A stretch of DNA of 64,000 nucleotides from a virus (IMGVR_UViG_3300048929_000741:14351-78350), one strand, 5' to 3'; positions 30,596 to 40,830 are shown, numbered from the stretch's first letter. Translations and numbers: made by a program. The notes: generated by a model not told the origin, from the sequence alone.

Positions 30596-30865
30596 AATAT
30601 ATGATGATTATGGTAAAGTATATTTGCTGCAAAATTGAAATATATGCTAGAAAATAGTCATTTTGGAAAAACAAAAAACGATTTAATTACTAGATTATCC
30701 TTTTGAATTATAAAAAGCGCTAAACCAAGACCAAGCGTTTGCTATTGCTTAAATTAGGTAGTAATATGACATTTAAGAGAAATGTGCGGGAAGTTTAGAT
30801 ATATATCAGATCTTTATCTTCAAGTCTTTTAATAAATATTGTATAGCCACACACAATTAGTTTTT

Positions 30866-30918
30866 AGATGCAGAGGGGAGAGATTAAATAATGTCTCCCC
30901 TCTGCATCTTCTTGTTTT
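30866..30918. terminator. 16-bp stem hairpin terminator
   Basis: AGATGCAGAGGGGAGA ... TCTCCCCTCTGCATCT, T-rich tail on +. Confidence 0.7.
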
Positions 30919-30925
30919 AGAAAAT

Positions 30926-31120
30926 TTAAAGCACTGTAATTAAGTTACTGTTGCTCATCCTAGCATCAAGAATTATTTTGGAGTCGTCAAATTTACGTAT
31001 CATTTCTTCATCTAATTCAACTCCATTTTCTTCTAAAAATCTCATGACGGAAGCTTTATATTTAAATCGTGCGACTTCGTCATTAATAAGTGTTTCTTTT
31101 AATTCATTAATATTTGCCAC
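30926..31120 (-). CDS. 64-aa peptide, putative radical SAM substrate
   Basis: Strong AGGAGGTG RBS, directly downstream of the radical SAM gene. Confidence 0.65.
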   Translation of the reverse strand: MANINELKETLINDEVARFKYKASVMRFLEENGVELDEEMIRKFDDSKIILDARMSNSNLITVL

Positions 31121-31164
31121 GTTTAATCACCTCCTTTCTGCATTCACTAATGGGTATGTTTTAT

Positions 31165-32190
31165 TTAACTAGAGAGATTATTCTCTAAATTATACATTTC
31201 TATCTTTTTCCACCAGTTATCTAAATCAGATGTTAGGTAATCGATTTCCATTTTATTATAAATCTCATCAAGGCGTTTCATTAATGATTCGTTAGAATGA
31301 ATAAAGGTGCATATTTGACAAATTGTATCAATTTCAGAAAAATTGATTAATTCCTTAAACAGACTTTGATCTTCTTCTTTTATTAATTCGTATAGTTTTC
31401 CAAATCCAATGTCTTTAGCTATGCGTAAATGAAAACTAAAATAGAGATTAGATATTATTTTATTTATTTCATCTTTATATACGTTTCCGCAACTTAGTTT
31501 AGCATCTTTACTAAAACCACCAGCGCAACAAGGATATACTTCACCATCTGGATAAATTGATAAACTATAAAAAAAAGGCTGACCACATGTGCTCTTTTTC
31601 TTTACAATATAACTATATCTTTTTTTTTGGTGAAAGAATTCCGCAGCCCTACCTGTGGGCATTACGAGATTGTTTCTTTCTATAACACTTTTATTAAGTT
31701 TTATTAAATCATCTAAAGTTTCATTTTCATTCCAGAAAGTTCCTGATACTTCAATTTTAATTCCATTTTTTTGTGCGTATTTAACAATTCTTAATATTGA
31801 TTTTACCGATACGTACTTAGCATGTTCATAATCATAAGAGAGGCTTATTTCATCTATTCCTAGTAATTTTAGAATATTTAATACATATTCCACCTTATCA
31901 TCTTCAGTGGCCCAGAAGCCAGAAGTTACAATTCTAAAAGGTTGTGTCACATTATTCTCTCGAATTATTTTAAGTGCTTTAATTATATCGTCAATATACA
32001 GAAATGGTTCACCACCAGTTATAACAAATCTTTCTACTTCTTGAAAATTAGAAAATTTAATAACAAGTTCAATCAAATTTTGGGTAGTAAACTCATTCTC
32101 TCCTATCACAGATTTAGGATTACCACAGAAATTGCATTTTAATGGGCATCTATATGTGTAGTTAAATCCAACTAAGATATGATTTTTCAT
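31165..32190 (-). CDS. Radical SAM enzyme resembling YydG/EpeE peptide epimerase
   Basis: CPLKCNFC, TGGEPF, SGFWA, SYD..H..V, DGEVYPCC, ICQIC. Confidence 0.8.
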   Translation of the reverse strand: MKNHILVGFNYTYRCPLKCNFCGNPKSVIGENEFTTQNLIELVIKFSNFQEVERFVITGGEPFLYIDDIIKALKIIRENNVTQPFRIVTSGFWATEDDKVEYVLNILKLLGIDEISLSYDYEHAKYVSVKSILRIVKYAQKNGIKIEVSGTFWNENETLDDLIKLNKSVIERNNLVMPTGRAAEFFHQKKRYSYIVKKKSTCGQPFFYSLSIYPDGEVYPCCAGGFSKDAKLSCGNVYKDEINKIISNLYFSFHLRIAKDIGFGKLYELIKEEDQSLFKELINFSEIDTICQICTFIHSNESLMKRLDEIYNKMEIDYLTSDLDNWWKKIEMYNLENNLSS

Positions 32191-32332
32191 TAAACCCTGT
32201 TCCTTTCAATTTGCTATGCTACAAGTCTTCAAATATAATATTAGGTAGAATTATTATTATAATTCCCATTTGAAATTGTTATATACAATTTAAGTAACTA
32301 TTAATTGTATATCGTTTTAATGATATGGTTTC

Positions 32333-32375
32333 AACATTCCCACATTTCCCATATATAATATGGTAAAATGATATT
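32333..32375 (+). promoter_or_regulatory. Late promoter motif copy 1
   Basis: AACATTCCCACATTTCCCAT..ATAATATG.TA..ATGATAT, shared with 50116-50158; tandem TTCCCA repeats like ArpU/RinA-type sites. Confidence 0.7.
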
Positions 32376-32443
32376 ATGGTATAGAATGAAAAGAAAGCGT
32401 TATCGTTTAGATGGCGCTTTTTTGTATGTCTGGAGGTGAGAGA

Positions 32444-32842
32444 TTGGCATTTGAAAGCTGGCTATTAAAAATAAATGGAACAGTGTTTCCAAATGAATTA
32501 ATTGCACTGGAATCATATAAGTGTACGCCGGATCAGATAATGGACATGGATCCCTACCGAGATGGGAACGGAGAACTTCATCGTAATGCCTTACCCCATA
32601 CCGCAACCTCCATGGAATTTTCCACCACATATTTGCGATTAATGGACGTAGATAGGCTGAATGTATTTGTCCCACACGGGAACAGAGTTAAATGTCAAAT
32701 TGAATATTGGAATCCAAACACGTCCTCGTATAAATCGGGGGCGTTTTATATTTCAGATATTCCCTATGAGATCGTGAACGTTGATGAGAAGAAAAAAGAC
32801 ATACTCTACAAGCCGATTAAGATAACAATAACTGAGTATTAA
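32444..32842 (+). CDS. Distal tail (Dit-like) protein
   Basis: D.YRDGNG.LHR motif; precedes tail-tip gene; TTG after GGAGG. Confidence 0.65.
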   Translation: MAFESWLLKINGTVFPNELIALESYKCTPDQIMDMDPYRDGNGELHRNALPHTATSMEFSTTYLRLMDVDRLNVFVPHGNRVKCQIEYWNPNTSSYKSGAFYISDIPYEIVNVDEKKKDILYKPIKITITEY

Positions 32843-32854
32843 GGAGGTTGTGAA

Positions 32855-34831
32855 GTGCTGAATATTCCAGAAGAAATAAAAGAATTGTTTCGGGCAGATA
32901 ACTTAAGTTCTGCTACTCAGCGACATATAAAATTGCGGTTCTTTGATGAAGGGATAAAGATGATTTATCCGGAAGATACCCTGTTCCCTAGCGACGATTT
33001 ATTTCCGGTCGACCAGGAACCAGTATATGTCATTGATAATAGCCAGATAATTTCTGAATCTATGACAATAACAGAGAGCTTATGCTCAAGCCAGAATTTA
33101 ACCTTTGGCGAATGTTGTGCTTCCATGTTTGAAGTTACGGTTGCTGATGTATTGATGGATCTGACCGGGAAAGAATTTATGGCCACTGTTGAGATCGGCG
33201 GCTATGAAATGGCATTGGGGATTTATAGAGTGGAAAGCTTTGTCCGGGAACAAGCTGATAGGCGGCGCAAGAAGATAACGGCTTATGACCGTATGCTGAA
33301 TTTTGATATTGATGTTGCTGACTGGTACCAAGGATTGACCTTCCCATTAACATTGAAGCAGTTTAGAGATTCTCTCTGCAGCTATGTGGGTGTTACGCAG
33401 GTCATGGCAGAATTGCCCCTGGACAATATGCAGCTGACAAAAACTATTGAACCTGAGCAGTTAGACGGACGTAAGGTTTTAATGGCTATCTGTGAGATAA
33501 ATGGCTGTTTTGGAAACATTGATAAGACCGGCCGGCTTACATATAAGTTTCTTGGGACTTCCGGATTATTTCCATCGGAAACCTTATACCCTGATGATGA
33601 ATTATTTCCAGCGGAAATGACTAATGCGGAAACATTGTCTTATTACAAGCAATCGGAAACGCATTATGAAGATTACGTGGTGAGTCCTATTGACAAAGTG
33701 CAGATCAGGCAGGAGGAAGGTGACGTTGGTGCTTCCTACGGTCCAGGAAGTAATTGCTATGTTATTCAGGGCAATTACCTGGTATATGGCAAATCGGGGC
33801 AGGAGCTTCTTACGATAGCAGCTACTTTGTATGGACAAATTTCAGGGAGACTGTACAGGCCATGTCAAATCGTTGGCCCGGCGTTGCCCTGGGTGGAAGT
33901 TGGAGACGGTATTATCTGCTATACTACAGATGATGTGATTGAGACCTACTGTCTTGAGCGTACTTTAAAAGGCATACAGGGTATGACGGATACTTATGTT
34001 GCGAAAGGCAATGTTGAACAGGAACAAAGCTTTGGGCTTGGGGATCAGATTATCCAGTTGGAGGGAAAGACAGCTGTCATTAAGAAATCTGTGGAAGAAG
34101 TCTCTATCCGGGTAACAGATTTGAAAGAAGAAACGGAAGCGCAGTTTAAGGTGACAGCCGAGCAGATCCTCCAGGAAGTGACCAGGGCGCAGCAGGCAGA
34201 AGCATCTTTAAAGATTAGAGCGGATGAAATTGACGCTACAGTGAAAGACTTTAAAGAGGATACAAACGCACAGTTTAAGATAACAGCTAATCAGATATTA
34301 CAGAAGGTAAGCAAAGGTGAGGTTTCTTCACAGCTTTCAGTTGAAAGTGATAAGGTGACGATATCCGGCAACAGGCTTATTGTAAACAGTACAAACTTTC
34401 AACTCGACGGTGACGGTAATGCTACTTTCAGCGGAAGAGTAGTTGGTGGATCTATAAACATAGGAGCAAATTTGTTCGTGGCAAATAATTCGGTTGTGCG
34501 ATTAGGAGACTATCAGGTAAGTGCTAATGGAACCGGGACTCTCATGTCTGCTAACGGGTATGTAAATATTACAGATATTGTTACAAGTGGACCGTCCGGA
34601 GAGCTGGCACGAATGACAATTGGAAGTGACCTTATGCGTGAAGCTATTGAACTTAAAGGGACTGGTGATATTAAAACTGCAAGAATTTATTGTCGGCAGG
34701 ATTATTATTTTGAAGGCGATGATTGGGCTGGATCGTGGGGAGTTTTGAGAATGTTAAAACAGGTATATAACAGATTAGATGCAATAAGGTATTCAATTCA
34801 AAATATAGGAGGAAATGTTGACTGGGATTAG
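32855..34831 (+). CDS. Tail tip/baseplate (Tal-like) protein
   Basis: ESLCS..NLTFG.C, ICEINGCFG, coiled-coil 'AQFKVTA.QI' repeats, beta-rich C-terminus. Confidence 0.75.
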   Translation: MLNIPEEIKELFRADNLSSATQRHIKLRFFDEGIKMIYPEDTLFPSDDLFPVDQEPVYVIDNSQIISESMTITESLCSSQNLTFGECCASMFEVTVADVLMDLTGKEFMATVEIGGYEMALGIYRVESFVREQADRRRKKITAYDRMLNFDIDVADWYQGLTFPLTLKQFRDSLCSYVGVTQVMAELPLDNMQLTKTIEPEQLDGRKVLMAICEINGCFGNIDKTGRLTYKFLGTSGLFPSETLYPDDELFPAEMTNAETLSYYKQSETHYEDYVVSPIDKVQIRQEEGDVGASYGPGSNCYVIQGNYLVYGKSGQELLTIAATLYGQISGRLYRPCQIVGPALPWVEVGDGIICYTTDDVIETYCLERTLKGIQGMTDTYVAKGNVEQEQSFGLGDQIIQLEGKTAVIKKSVEEVSIRVTDLKEETEAQFKVTAEQILQEVTRAQQAEASLKIRADEIDATVKDFKEDTNAQFKITANQILQKVSKGEVSSQLSVESDKVTISGNRLIVNSTNFQLDGDGNATFSGRVVGGSINIGANLFVANNSVVRLGDYQVSANGTGTLMSANGYVNITDIVTSGPSGELARMTIGSDLMREAIELKGTGDIKTARIYCRQDYYFEGDDWAGSWGVLRMLKQVYNRLDAIRYSIQNIGGNVDWD

Positions 34832-34904
34832 TATATTGGTACAAGCTATTTACACCACACACAAATAATGGTACTATTTACTTATAATTATTTGGAGGTG
34901 CGGA

Positions 34905-35321
34905 ATGAAAAAGATTGTAACCGTTTTACTAACTCTTTCAATAATGTTAATTATGCCAAGTAGCGTGTTTGCACAAAATGCAGCATCTATTCCATGGACA
35001 GACAGTATTCGCGATATGCCATTCAGTTCAAGGACTGATAGCAATGGACAGGAGAGATGGGTATACTATAAGCAAGATGGAAGCCTTGCCCAGAGCCAAT
35101 GGGTTCAAAACCACAAATATGACTGGTATTATTGTGACGAAGACGGATTTTTACTGAAAAGCACCTGGTTTCATGATCCGGCAGATGGTAAGTATTATTA
35201 TCTTGGAGATGACTGGGCAATGATCCATGACACCACAACCCCAGACGGCTATACTGTAGGATCAGATGGAGCCTGGGTAAAAGACGGACAGGTGGTAGTT
35301 GAAACAGTGACCAATAATTAA
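34905..35321 (+). CDS. Secreted cell-wall-binding repeat protein (moron)
   Basis: Signal peptide; WYY..DG repeats; TTPDGYTVGSDGAW. Confidence 0.8.
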   Translation: MKKIVTVLLTLSIMLIMPSSVFAQNAASIPWTDSIRDMPFSSRTDSNGQERWVYYKQDGSLAQSQWVQNHKYDWYYCDEDGFLLKSTWFHDPADGKYYYLGDDWAMIHDTTTPDGYTVGSDGAWVKDGQVVVETVTNN

Positions 35322-35568
35322 ATAGTATTATTACTAGGAGTAGGGAAAATTTCCTGCTCCTTTTGTTATACCAATTTCTAATATCTAACATTGCTATATA
35401 TTGGTATGGTTTTGTATGGTGTTGTATCATTTGGTATATTTTCTTGGTTCTATAACTTAGTCTTATAATACACTTATAGTCTTGATTTTAGGCTGTTTAC
35501 AAAGGTTTTTAGGAGTGATACGATATGTCTAACAAATATAAATTTTTAGAAGAATGAGGAGGATATAT

Positions 35569-35811
35569 ATGTACGAATACATATTTAAAGCAGGAAGTGA
35601 AGCAACTATTGACACATCTGCGTTTTGTAAGGACTTTAAAGAAATAAAACATGAAAATATTAATGTGGCCCCGAATTGTACCTGTATGCGTTCTACGTAT
35701 CCAAATGGCTTTATTATGGATATGGAAGAATATGCAGATAAAATTGTATTAAAAACCAACCGTGAGTTAATTGATAATGGAAATGGAACTCTTAGTGTAT
35801 CTGAAAAGTAA
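35569..35811 (+). CDS. Hypothetical protein
   Basis: GAGGAGG RBS. Confidence 0.55.
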   Translation: MYEYIFKAGSEATIDTSAFCKDFKEIKHENINVAPNCTCMRSTYPNGFIMDMEEYADKIVLKTNRELIDNGNGTLSVSEK

Positions 35812-35950
35812 TAAAACAACTATTGCGAAGGTAAGAGTATATTCCTGTTTTTAATTATGCTCTTACAAAGAAGGTACGTCAAATTTGACGCAGGGGTACT
35901 GCCTATGGGGCAGAGCCAGTATCTTTTAACCCTATTGTAAAATAAAAAGA

Positions 35951-36190
35951 TTGACGTTCGACATCAAACGTGATACTGTATATACAGGAGGTGAGAATGT
36001 GACCGATGTAAGAGAGGTCTTTATCACGAGGGAAGTTGCTGATGAATTAAATTTAACTCCGACATATCTGATTAAGTTAGCAAAAAGAATGGGGTTAAAT
36101 GAAACGGAAATGCGAGAAGCAGGAAACCGAAATTATTTATTCAGTAAAGAGGCAGTAGAAAAACTCAAAAATCGTAGTAAAGTCTATTAA
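35951..36190 (+). CDS. Small HTH DNA-binding protein (true start probably ~35999)
   Basis: TREVADELNLTPTYL; GGAGGTG RBS. Confidence 0.65.
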   Translation: MTFDIKRDTVYTGGENVTDVREVFITREVADELNLTPTYLIKLAKRMGLNETEMREAGNRNYLFSKEAVEKLKNRSKVY

Positions 36191-36339
36191 AAGCACCCGT
36201 CCTACCTACCAAGTAACAACGAGTGCTTATCTCGAGGAAAACCTCTATGAAATATATTATCATAGAGCGTTCTTCCTTTCAAGGCCAAATGGCCATGAGA
36301 TGTGTTTAAATATGTTTTTTATTATCGGGAGGTATTAAT

Positions 36340-37200
36340 ATGTTGAGCGAAAGACAACTTACACCCGAAAAAGACCTTATTGGTAAAGATACGATTGAGA
36401 TTTTTAAGAATGAAGTGATGTGTCTACAATGCCGTGCGTTGTTAAATCCGGACGGAAGCATTTCCATAAACGCTGAAGATACAGCAATTGGATTAGGGTG
36501 GACGCAAGAAAAAGGGAACAAAACCTATGTAAGATGGGAAACACTTAATGCATATTTAAAAGATTTTGGTTTTTCCCAAGAAGTTGGGAAGGAAGATTTT
36601 ATTCCAGAGAGTCTGTTTTATATGTTGGGCTTTAAAGCTGGAAATGAACGGGCAATGAAGTTTCAACAGTGGCTGGCAATGGACGTTCTTCCCTCTATAC
36701 GTAAAAACGGATTATATGCTACAGATCAAACGATCGATAAAATTCTATCTAACCCAGATTTTGGAATCCAGTTGCTTACTAATCTGAAAGTGGAAAGAGA
36801 AAAGAATAAATTTCTGACTGGACAGATTGAGAAACAGCAACAGGTCATTGAAGCCCAACAGCCAAAAGTTACGTATTATGATATGGTTTTGCAGTGTACT
36901 TCCTTGATTAAGACCACAGATATCGCAAAGGATTACGGGGAAAGTGCGCAATGGCTTAACAAGTACTTACATGACAAGGAAATTATTTTCTGGCAGGGAA
37001 ACCGTAAAAATGGTCGTTACTATTTGTATGCTGATTACGCCCCTATGGGGTATGCACAATCTCAAACTTACAGTTACCAAAATTCCAAAGGAATGTATGA
37101 CTCAAAGACACATCTTTATTGGACACAGAAAGGCCGTTATTTTATCTATGAAACATTGAAAGCAGATGGCATTTTGCCGATTGTGGAAAGAGTTGCATAG
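36340..37200 (+). CDS. Phage antirepressor (Bro-N-like + KilA-C/ANT domain)
   Basis: FQQWLA.DVLPSIRKNG.Y, PKV.YYD.VL, IAKDYG, WTQKGR.FI. Confidence 0.88.
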   Translation: MLSERQLTPEKDLIGKDTIEIFKNEVMCLQCRALLNPDGSISINAEDTAIGLGWTQEKGNKTYVRWETLNAYLKDFGFSQEVGKEDFIPESLFYMLGFKAGNERAMKFQQWLAMDVLPSIRKNGLYATDQTIDKILSNPDFGIQLLTNLKVEREKNKFLTGQIEKQQQVIEAQQPKVTYYDMVLQCTSLIKTTDIAKDYGESAQWLNKYLHDKEIIFWQGNRKNGRYYLYADYAPMGYAQSQTYSYQNSKGMYDSKTHLYWTQKGRYFIYETLKADGILPIVERVA

Positions 37201-37249
37201 AAGATAATCTTACACTTACAAAAGATGAAACCGTAAAGGAGAATGTACC

Positions 37250-37429
37250 ATGAGTAAATACAGAATGATTGTTTTATATATATTGAGGAGTAACAGCATT
37301 AGAGAACTGGAAGATACGTTACATGATGATGCATATTTGAGTACTTTAAATGATGGATTTAGAGAATTACTTATAGAAGATATAAAAAAGGTTATTATGG
37401 AAAAAGAGATGGAACAAATAACCGCATAA
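37250..37429 (+). CDS. Small hypothetical protein (59 aa)
   Basis: AAGGAG RBS; followed by terminator 37438-37472. Confidence 0.5.
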   Translation: MSKYRMIVLYILRSNSIRELEDTLHDDAYLSTLNDGFRELLIEDIKKVIMEKEMEQITA

Positions 37430-37813
37430 CGATGCATAAGAGAGCGAGGATTGATTTCCCCGCTCTTTTCTTCTGCTTTTAAATAAAGAAAAAATTGACA
37501 GGCTTTTGTAAATCTGTTATTGTATATACAGCTAAAATTGAAAGAAGGTCGTATATAGCCACGTTAATATATACATATACAGGGAGTGTTGACATGTCCA
37601 CCCCGGTGCTTGGTAGCTCTTGGAGCCGTGACCCGTTGTGAAACGTACACAACAGGACATGTCTCTTTTTTTGTTTAAAATTCCGGGATTTATTCCTGTG
37701 AATATATAGGGGTGAAACTCCTTTCCGGGCATGCTCCGGGAACGCCCCGAAATAATTTTACTGGCTCTGCGGAATGTAGAGTCGGAAGTGAAAATTTAGG
37801 AGGGTACGCTTAG

Positions 37814-38449
37814 ATGGGCAGAGCCGAAATTTTTACTACAGGATAAATTAAGAAAACACAGACAATTACCACTTTGGAAATTGCGGAGATGATGGATGTT
37901 CCTCATGCAGATCTTTTAAAGAAATTAGAAGGTCGAAGAGATAGGAAGGGTTATATCCAAATTTTAGGTGAAGGACAAATGTCCGTTACCGATTATTTTA
38001 TTAAATCTACATACGTCACAGGACAAAATAAGGAAATGCCTTGCTACCTTGCCACCAAAATGGGTTGTGATTTTCTGGCCAATAAATTTACCGGGGAAAA
38101 AGGAATCCTTTTCACAGCAAAATATGTGAAGAAATTCCATGAGATGGAAGCGGCTTTTACACCGAAACGCCCTCAAACATACATTGAGGCATTAGAAGAG
38201 CTTTTACAGTCAGAAAAGCAAAAAGAACAGCTTCGATTGGAATTGGATCGTAGCAAAGACTGGTATTCCATTAAACGGGTGGCCGCTCTAAATGGAGTTG
38301 ACTGGAGAACCTTTGATTGGCGAAAGTTGAAGCGTACTGGTTTGGATATGGGATATGAAGTCAAAAAGATTTTCGATGCCAATTATGGCGAGGTCAATAC
38401 ATATCACCGGGAAGTATGGGAAGCAGTATATCCCGAATATGAAATTTAA
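37814..38449 (+). pseudogene. Rha-family regulator, N-terminus interrupted by TAA
   Basis: ATG 37814 after GGAGG in frame with TAA 37844-37846; ITTLEIAEMM..H, KMGCDFLANKFTGEKG..FTAKYV..F Rha motifs. Confidence 0.65.
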
Positions 38450-38518
38450 TAAAGAAATGTATTTAGAAAGGACGTCTTTAACCGGGCGTTCTTTTTCTAT
38501 GCCCGAAAGGAGGAGCTC

Positions 38519-38704
38519 ATGAAAAATATAATTGCATATACCGAGGATCAGGTAAAACAAATTGTTGGACTTTTAAACGGTGTGACCGTTGCTGGTATCC
38601 AGAATTCTAAGCAGATTGCTGCAGTTGCTCAGATTTTGGATTCAGGAACGCCGGGAGAAATAAAGGATCCGGTCAAAACAACAGAAGTGTGCCGCTCAAA
38701 ATAA
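38519..38704 (+). CDS. Hypothetical phage protein
   Basis: AGGAGG RBS. Confidence 0.55.
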   Translation: MKNIIAYTEDQVKQIVGLLNGVTVAGIQNSKQIAAVAQILDSGTPGEIKDPVKTTEVCRSK

Positions 38705-38738
38705 TGCTAGACCAGCAAAAGGAATGGGGTGAAGTTAA

Positions 38739-39857
38739 ATGGGATATCAACCTTTTCATGTTCTAAGAAACTGGCTGAATTTACCTTCTCAAAAGACTCC
38801 TATTAATGCATTGAGTCTAAACTATATGGATAATGGCATTAAGGAATTGGACAACAGAACTGTCCAGTTAGATGCAAATAAAGCAGAGAAATCATCACTA
38901 AATACTTTGGTTAAAGATGTAACGCTGGATACAAACACAGGAATACTTACCGTTACTTTACAGAATGGTACCGTAAAAACATACGATCTGGACATTGAGA
39001 AAGTAGTTACTAACTTTGATATAAACGATCAAAATCAGCTTGTATTAACTCTGGCAGATGGAACACAGAAAGTGATTGATCTGACACGGTTCGTTTATTC
39101 CGTGGAAAGCACTGCCACGATTTCCATGACAATCACTGACCGGGTCATGAGGGCGGTTATTGTAGATGGATCTGTGACTATGGATAAACTTGAGGCAGCC
39201 ATTCAGACAGAATTTAGACAGTATTTGCTTGACGCTCAGTCGGCCCGTGATGCCGCACTCAATTATCAGAAGTTTGCAAAGCGGTATACTTTGGGTGACC
39301 CGGATTTTCCGGGAAGCGAGAATGATTGCGCGAAGTTTTATTATGAACAGGTAAAGGGGGATTCCGCTACCTCCAGCCAGAATGCTCAGCAGGCCGCAGA
39401 CAGCGCAGCAGTATCAACCACACAGGCGGGAATCGCTACTACTAAGGCGGCAACGGCCACTGCAGCAGCAAATCAGACAGCGGCAGATGTTTTAACCACA
39501 ACTCAGAAAGCAGCGGCAGCTGGCGCCAGCGAGCAGGTGGCAAGGGATAAGGCAGCGGAGGCAGTATCAAGCCAGACGGCAGCGGGGCAGAGCGCAACAG
39601 CGGCACAGGCCAGTGCATTAGAAGCTAAAAGCCTTACCCGTGGAGGAGTTGTCCCAGAAGACGCTGAGGACAATGCAAGATGGTACTGGCAGCAGGTGCA
39701 GGATCTAAAGAAGCAGATTGACCAAGCGGCTAAAATATCAATACCACAATTTTATGTTGATATGAGTAAAATGCAACTTAAGAGCAATACGGCAGCAAAG
39801 GGTATTAGTTTTAGAATGGAAGCAGGTAAATTTATTGGAAAGGAGATCATGCAATAA
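38739..39857 (+). CDS. Tail fibre/baseplate structural protein (Ala-rich)
   Basis: TPINA..LN.MD.GI N-terminus, Ala/Ser/Gln-rich repeats, DNARWY. Confidence 0.75.
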   Translation: MGYQPFHVLRNWLNLPSQKTPINALSLNYMDNGIKELDNRTVQLDANKAEKSSLNTLVKDVTLDTNTGILTVTLQNGTVKTYDLDIEKVVTNFDINDQNQLVLTLADGTQKVIDLTRFVYSVESTATISMTITDRVMRAVIVDGSVTMDKLEAAIQTEFRQYLLDAQSARDAALNYQKFAKRYTLGDPDFPGSENDCAKFYYEQVKGDSATSSQNAQQAADSAAVSTTQAGIATTKAATATAAANQTAADVLTTTQKAAAAGASEQVARDKAAEAVSSQTAAGQSATAAQASALEAKSLTRGGVVPEDAEDNARWYWQQVQDLKKQIDQAAKISIPQFYVDMSKMQLKSNTAAKGISFRMEAGKFIGKEIMQ

Positions 39858-40819
39858 TGATTGAATCAGATGAAGTTATATATGGAACGATAGGAATGCT
39901 TCCTGATGGGGAGTTTGATCCTGATAAAAAGTATGAGCTGTTAAATTTAGTATCCTATGATGGTAGCAGTTATGTGGTACACACTGATCCGCCTAAGGGT
40001 ACTCCGCCGACTGATTTAAACTACTGGCAAGTATCAGCACTGGGAACCAGCAAGGCCACGGCTGACAGCGTGGGTACAGTTAAGCCAGACGGCACAACAA
40101 CGGAGGTAAGTACTGACGGCAGTCTGAGCGTAAAGACAGCCACGCAGAACACCCTGGGGCTGGTAAAGGGCAGTAATGGAATTACGGTAGGATCTGATGG
40201 GAGCATCGATATAAACACGCTCTTCACGCAAGCTACGGAGTTGGCCAACATCATAGCAGGGGAAGCTATTGCTTCTGTATTTGGGAAAGTAGCTAAATCC
40301 ATAGCTGTAACAATGGGATTGAATGAAAATGCCCTGCTTAAGAATATGCTGACCAACATGGATGCAAATGATCAGAATAAGGTCCCAACGTCAGCATTTG
40401 TGCATACCCTCTGGGCGCGGATCGGCATGGGTGAAGATCTGGATATCGGTGCGAATTTGACCGCAGTGGTTAAAGCGCTAAATAGCAATTTAAGTAACAC
40501 ATCAAGTGTAACTGTTACAGCCCCTAGCGGGTTTGGAGGCACGGTAAATGTGGAATTAATAAAAACTGGTAATCAAGTTGATTGCCGAATAACGGTAAAT
40601 AACAGCGGTGATATTCCGTCAGTAACTGCAATCACTAATGTCATTACTGAAGCTTACCGCCCTAAAACACAAGTATTTATTGTGCTAAGAAAAAACAATT
40701 CAGACAGCACCGCAGCCGTTATGTATTCGAACACTATAAATGCAATTAGATCAACCGATCAACCAATTTCCGCTGGGACTTGGTATGGCTTCGCACATTG
40801 GTCTACTGCAACTTACTAA
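39857..40819 (+). CDS. Tail fibre / receptor-binding protein with switchable C-terminus
   Basis: Y..L..VSY.GSSYV N-domain, G.VK.DG repeats, LNSNL crossover, RBP head-like 'I.EAYRP'. Confidence 0.8.
   Translation: MIESDEVIYGTIGMLPDGEFDPDKKYELLNLVSYDGSSYVVHTDPPKGTPPTDLNYWQVSALGTSKATADSVGTVKPDGTTTEVSTDGSLSVKTATQNTLGLVKGSNGITVGSDGSIDINTLFTQATELANIIAGEAIASVFGKVAKSIAVTMGLNENALLKNMLTNMDANDQNKVPTSAFVHTLWARIGMGEDLDIGANLTAVVKALNSNLSNTSSVTVTAPSGFGGTVNVELIKTGNQVDCRITVNNSGDIPSVTAITNVITEAYRPKTQVFIVLRKNNSDSTAAVMYSNTINAIRSTDQPISAGTWYGFAHWSTATY
40479..40493 (+). repeat. Crossover site A (TAAATAGCAATTTAA) in expressed fibre gene
   Basis: Perfect inverted copies at 41205-41219 and 48865-48879. Confidence 0.85.
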
Positions 40820-40830
40820 ATGATCATTTA
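40817..40830. repeat. Palindromic cassette-end site TAAATGATCATTTA
   Basis: 14-bp palindrome supplying TAA stops to both converging frames; 12-bp core repeated at 48590-48601. Confidence 0.8.

Noticed and set aside
7679-37846. TAA recoding or suppression explaining three in-frame TAA codons
   Set aside because: TAA is the normal stop for most genes here and no suppressor tRNA is evident.
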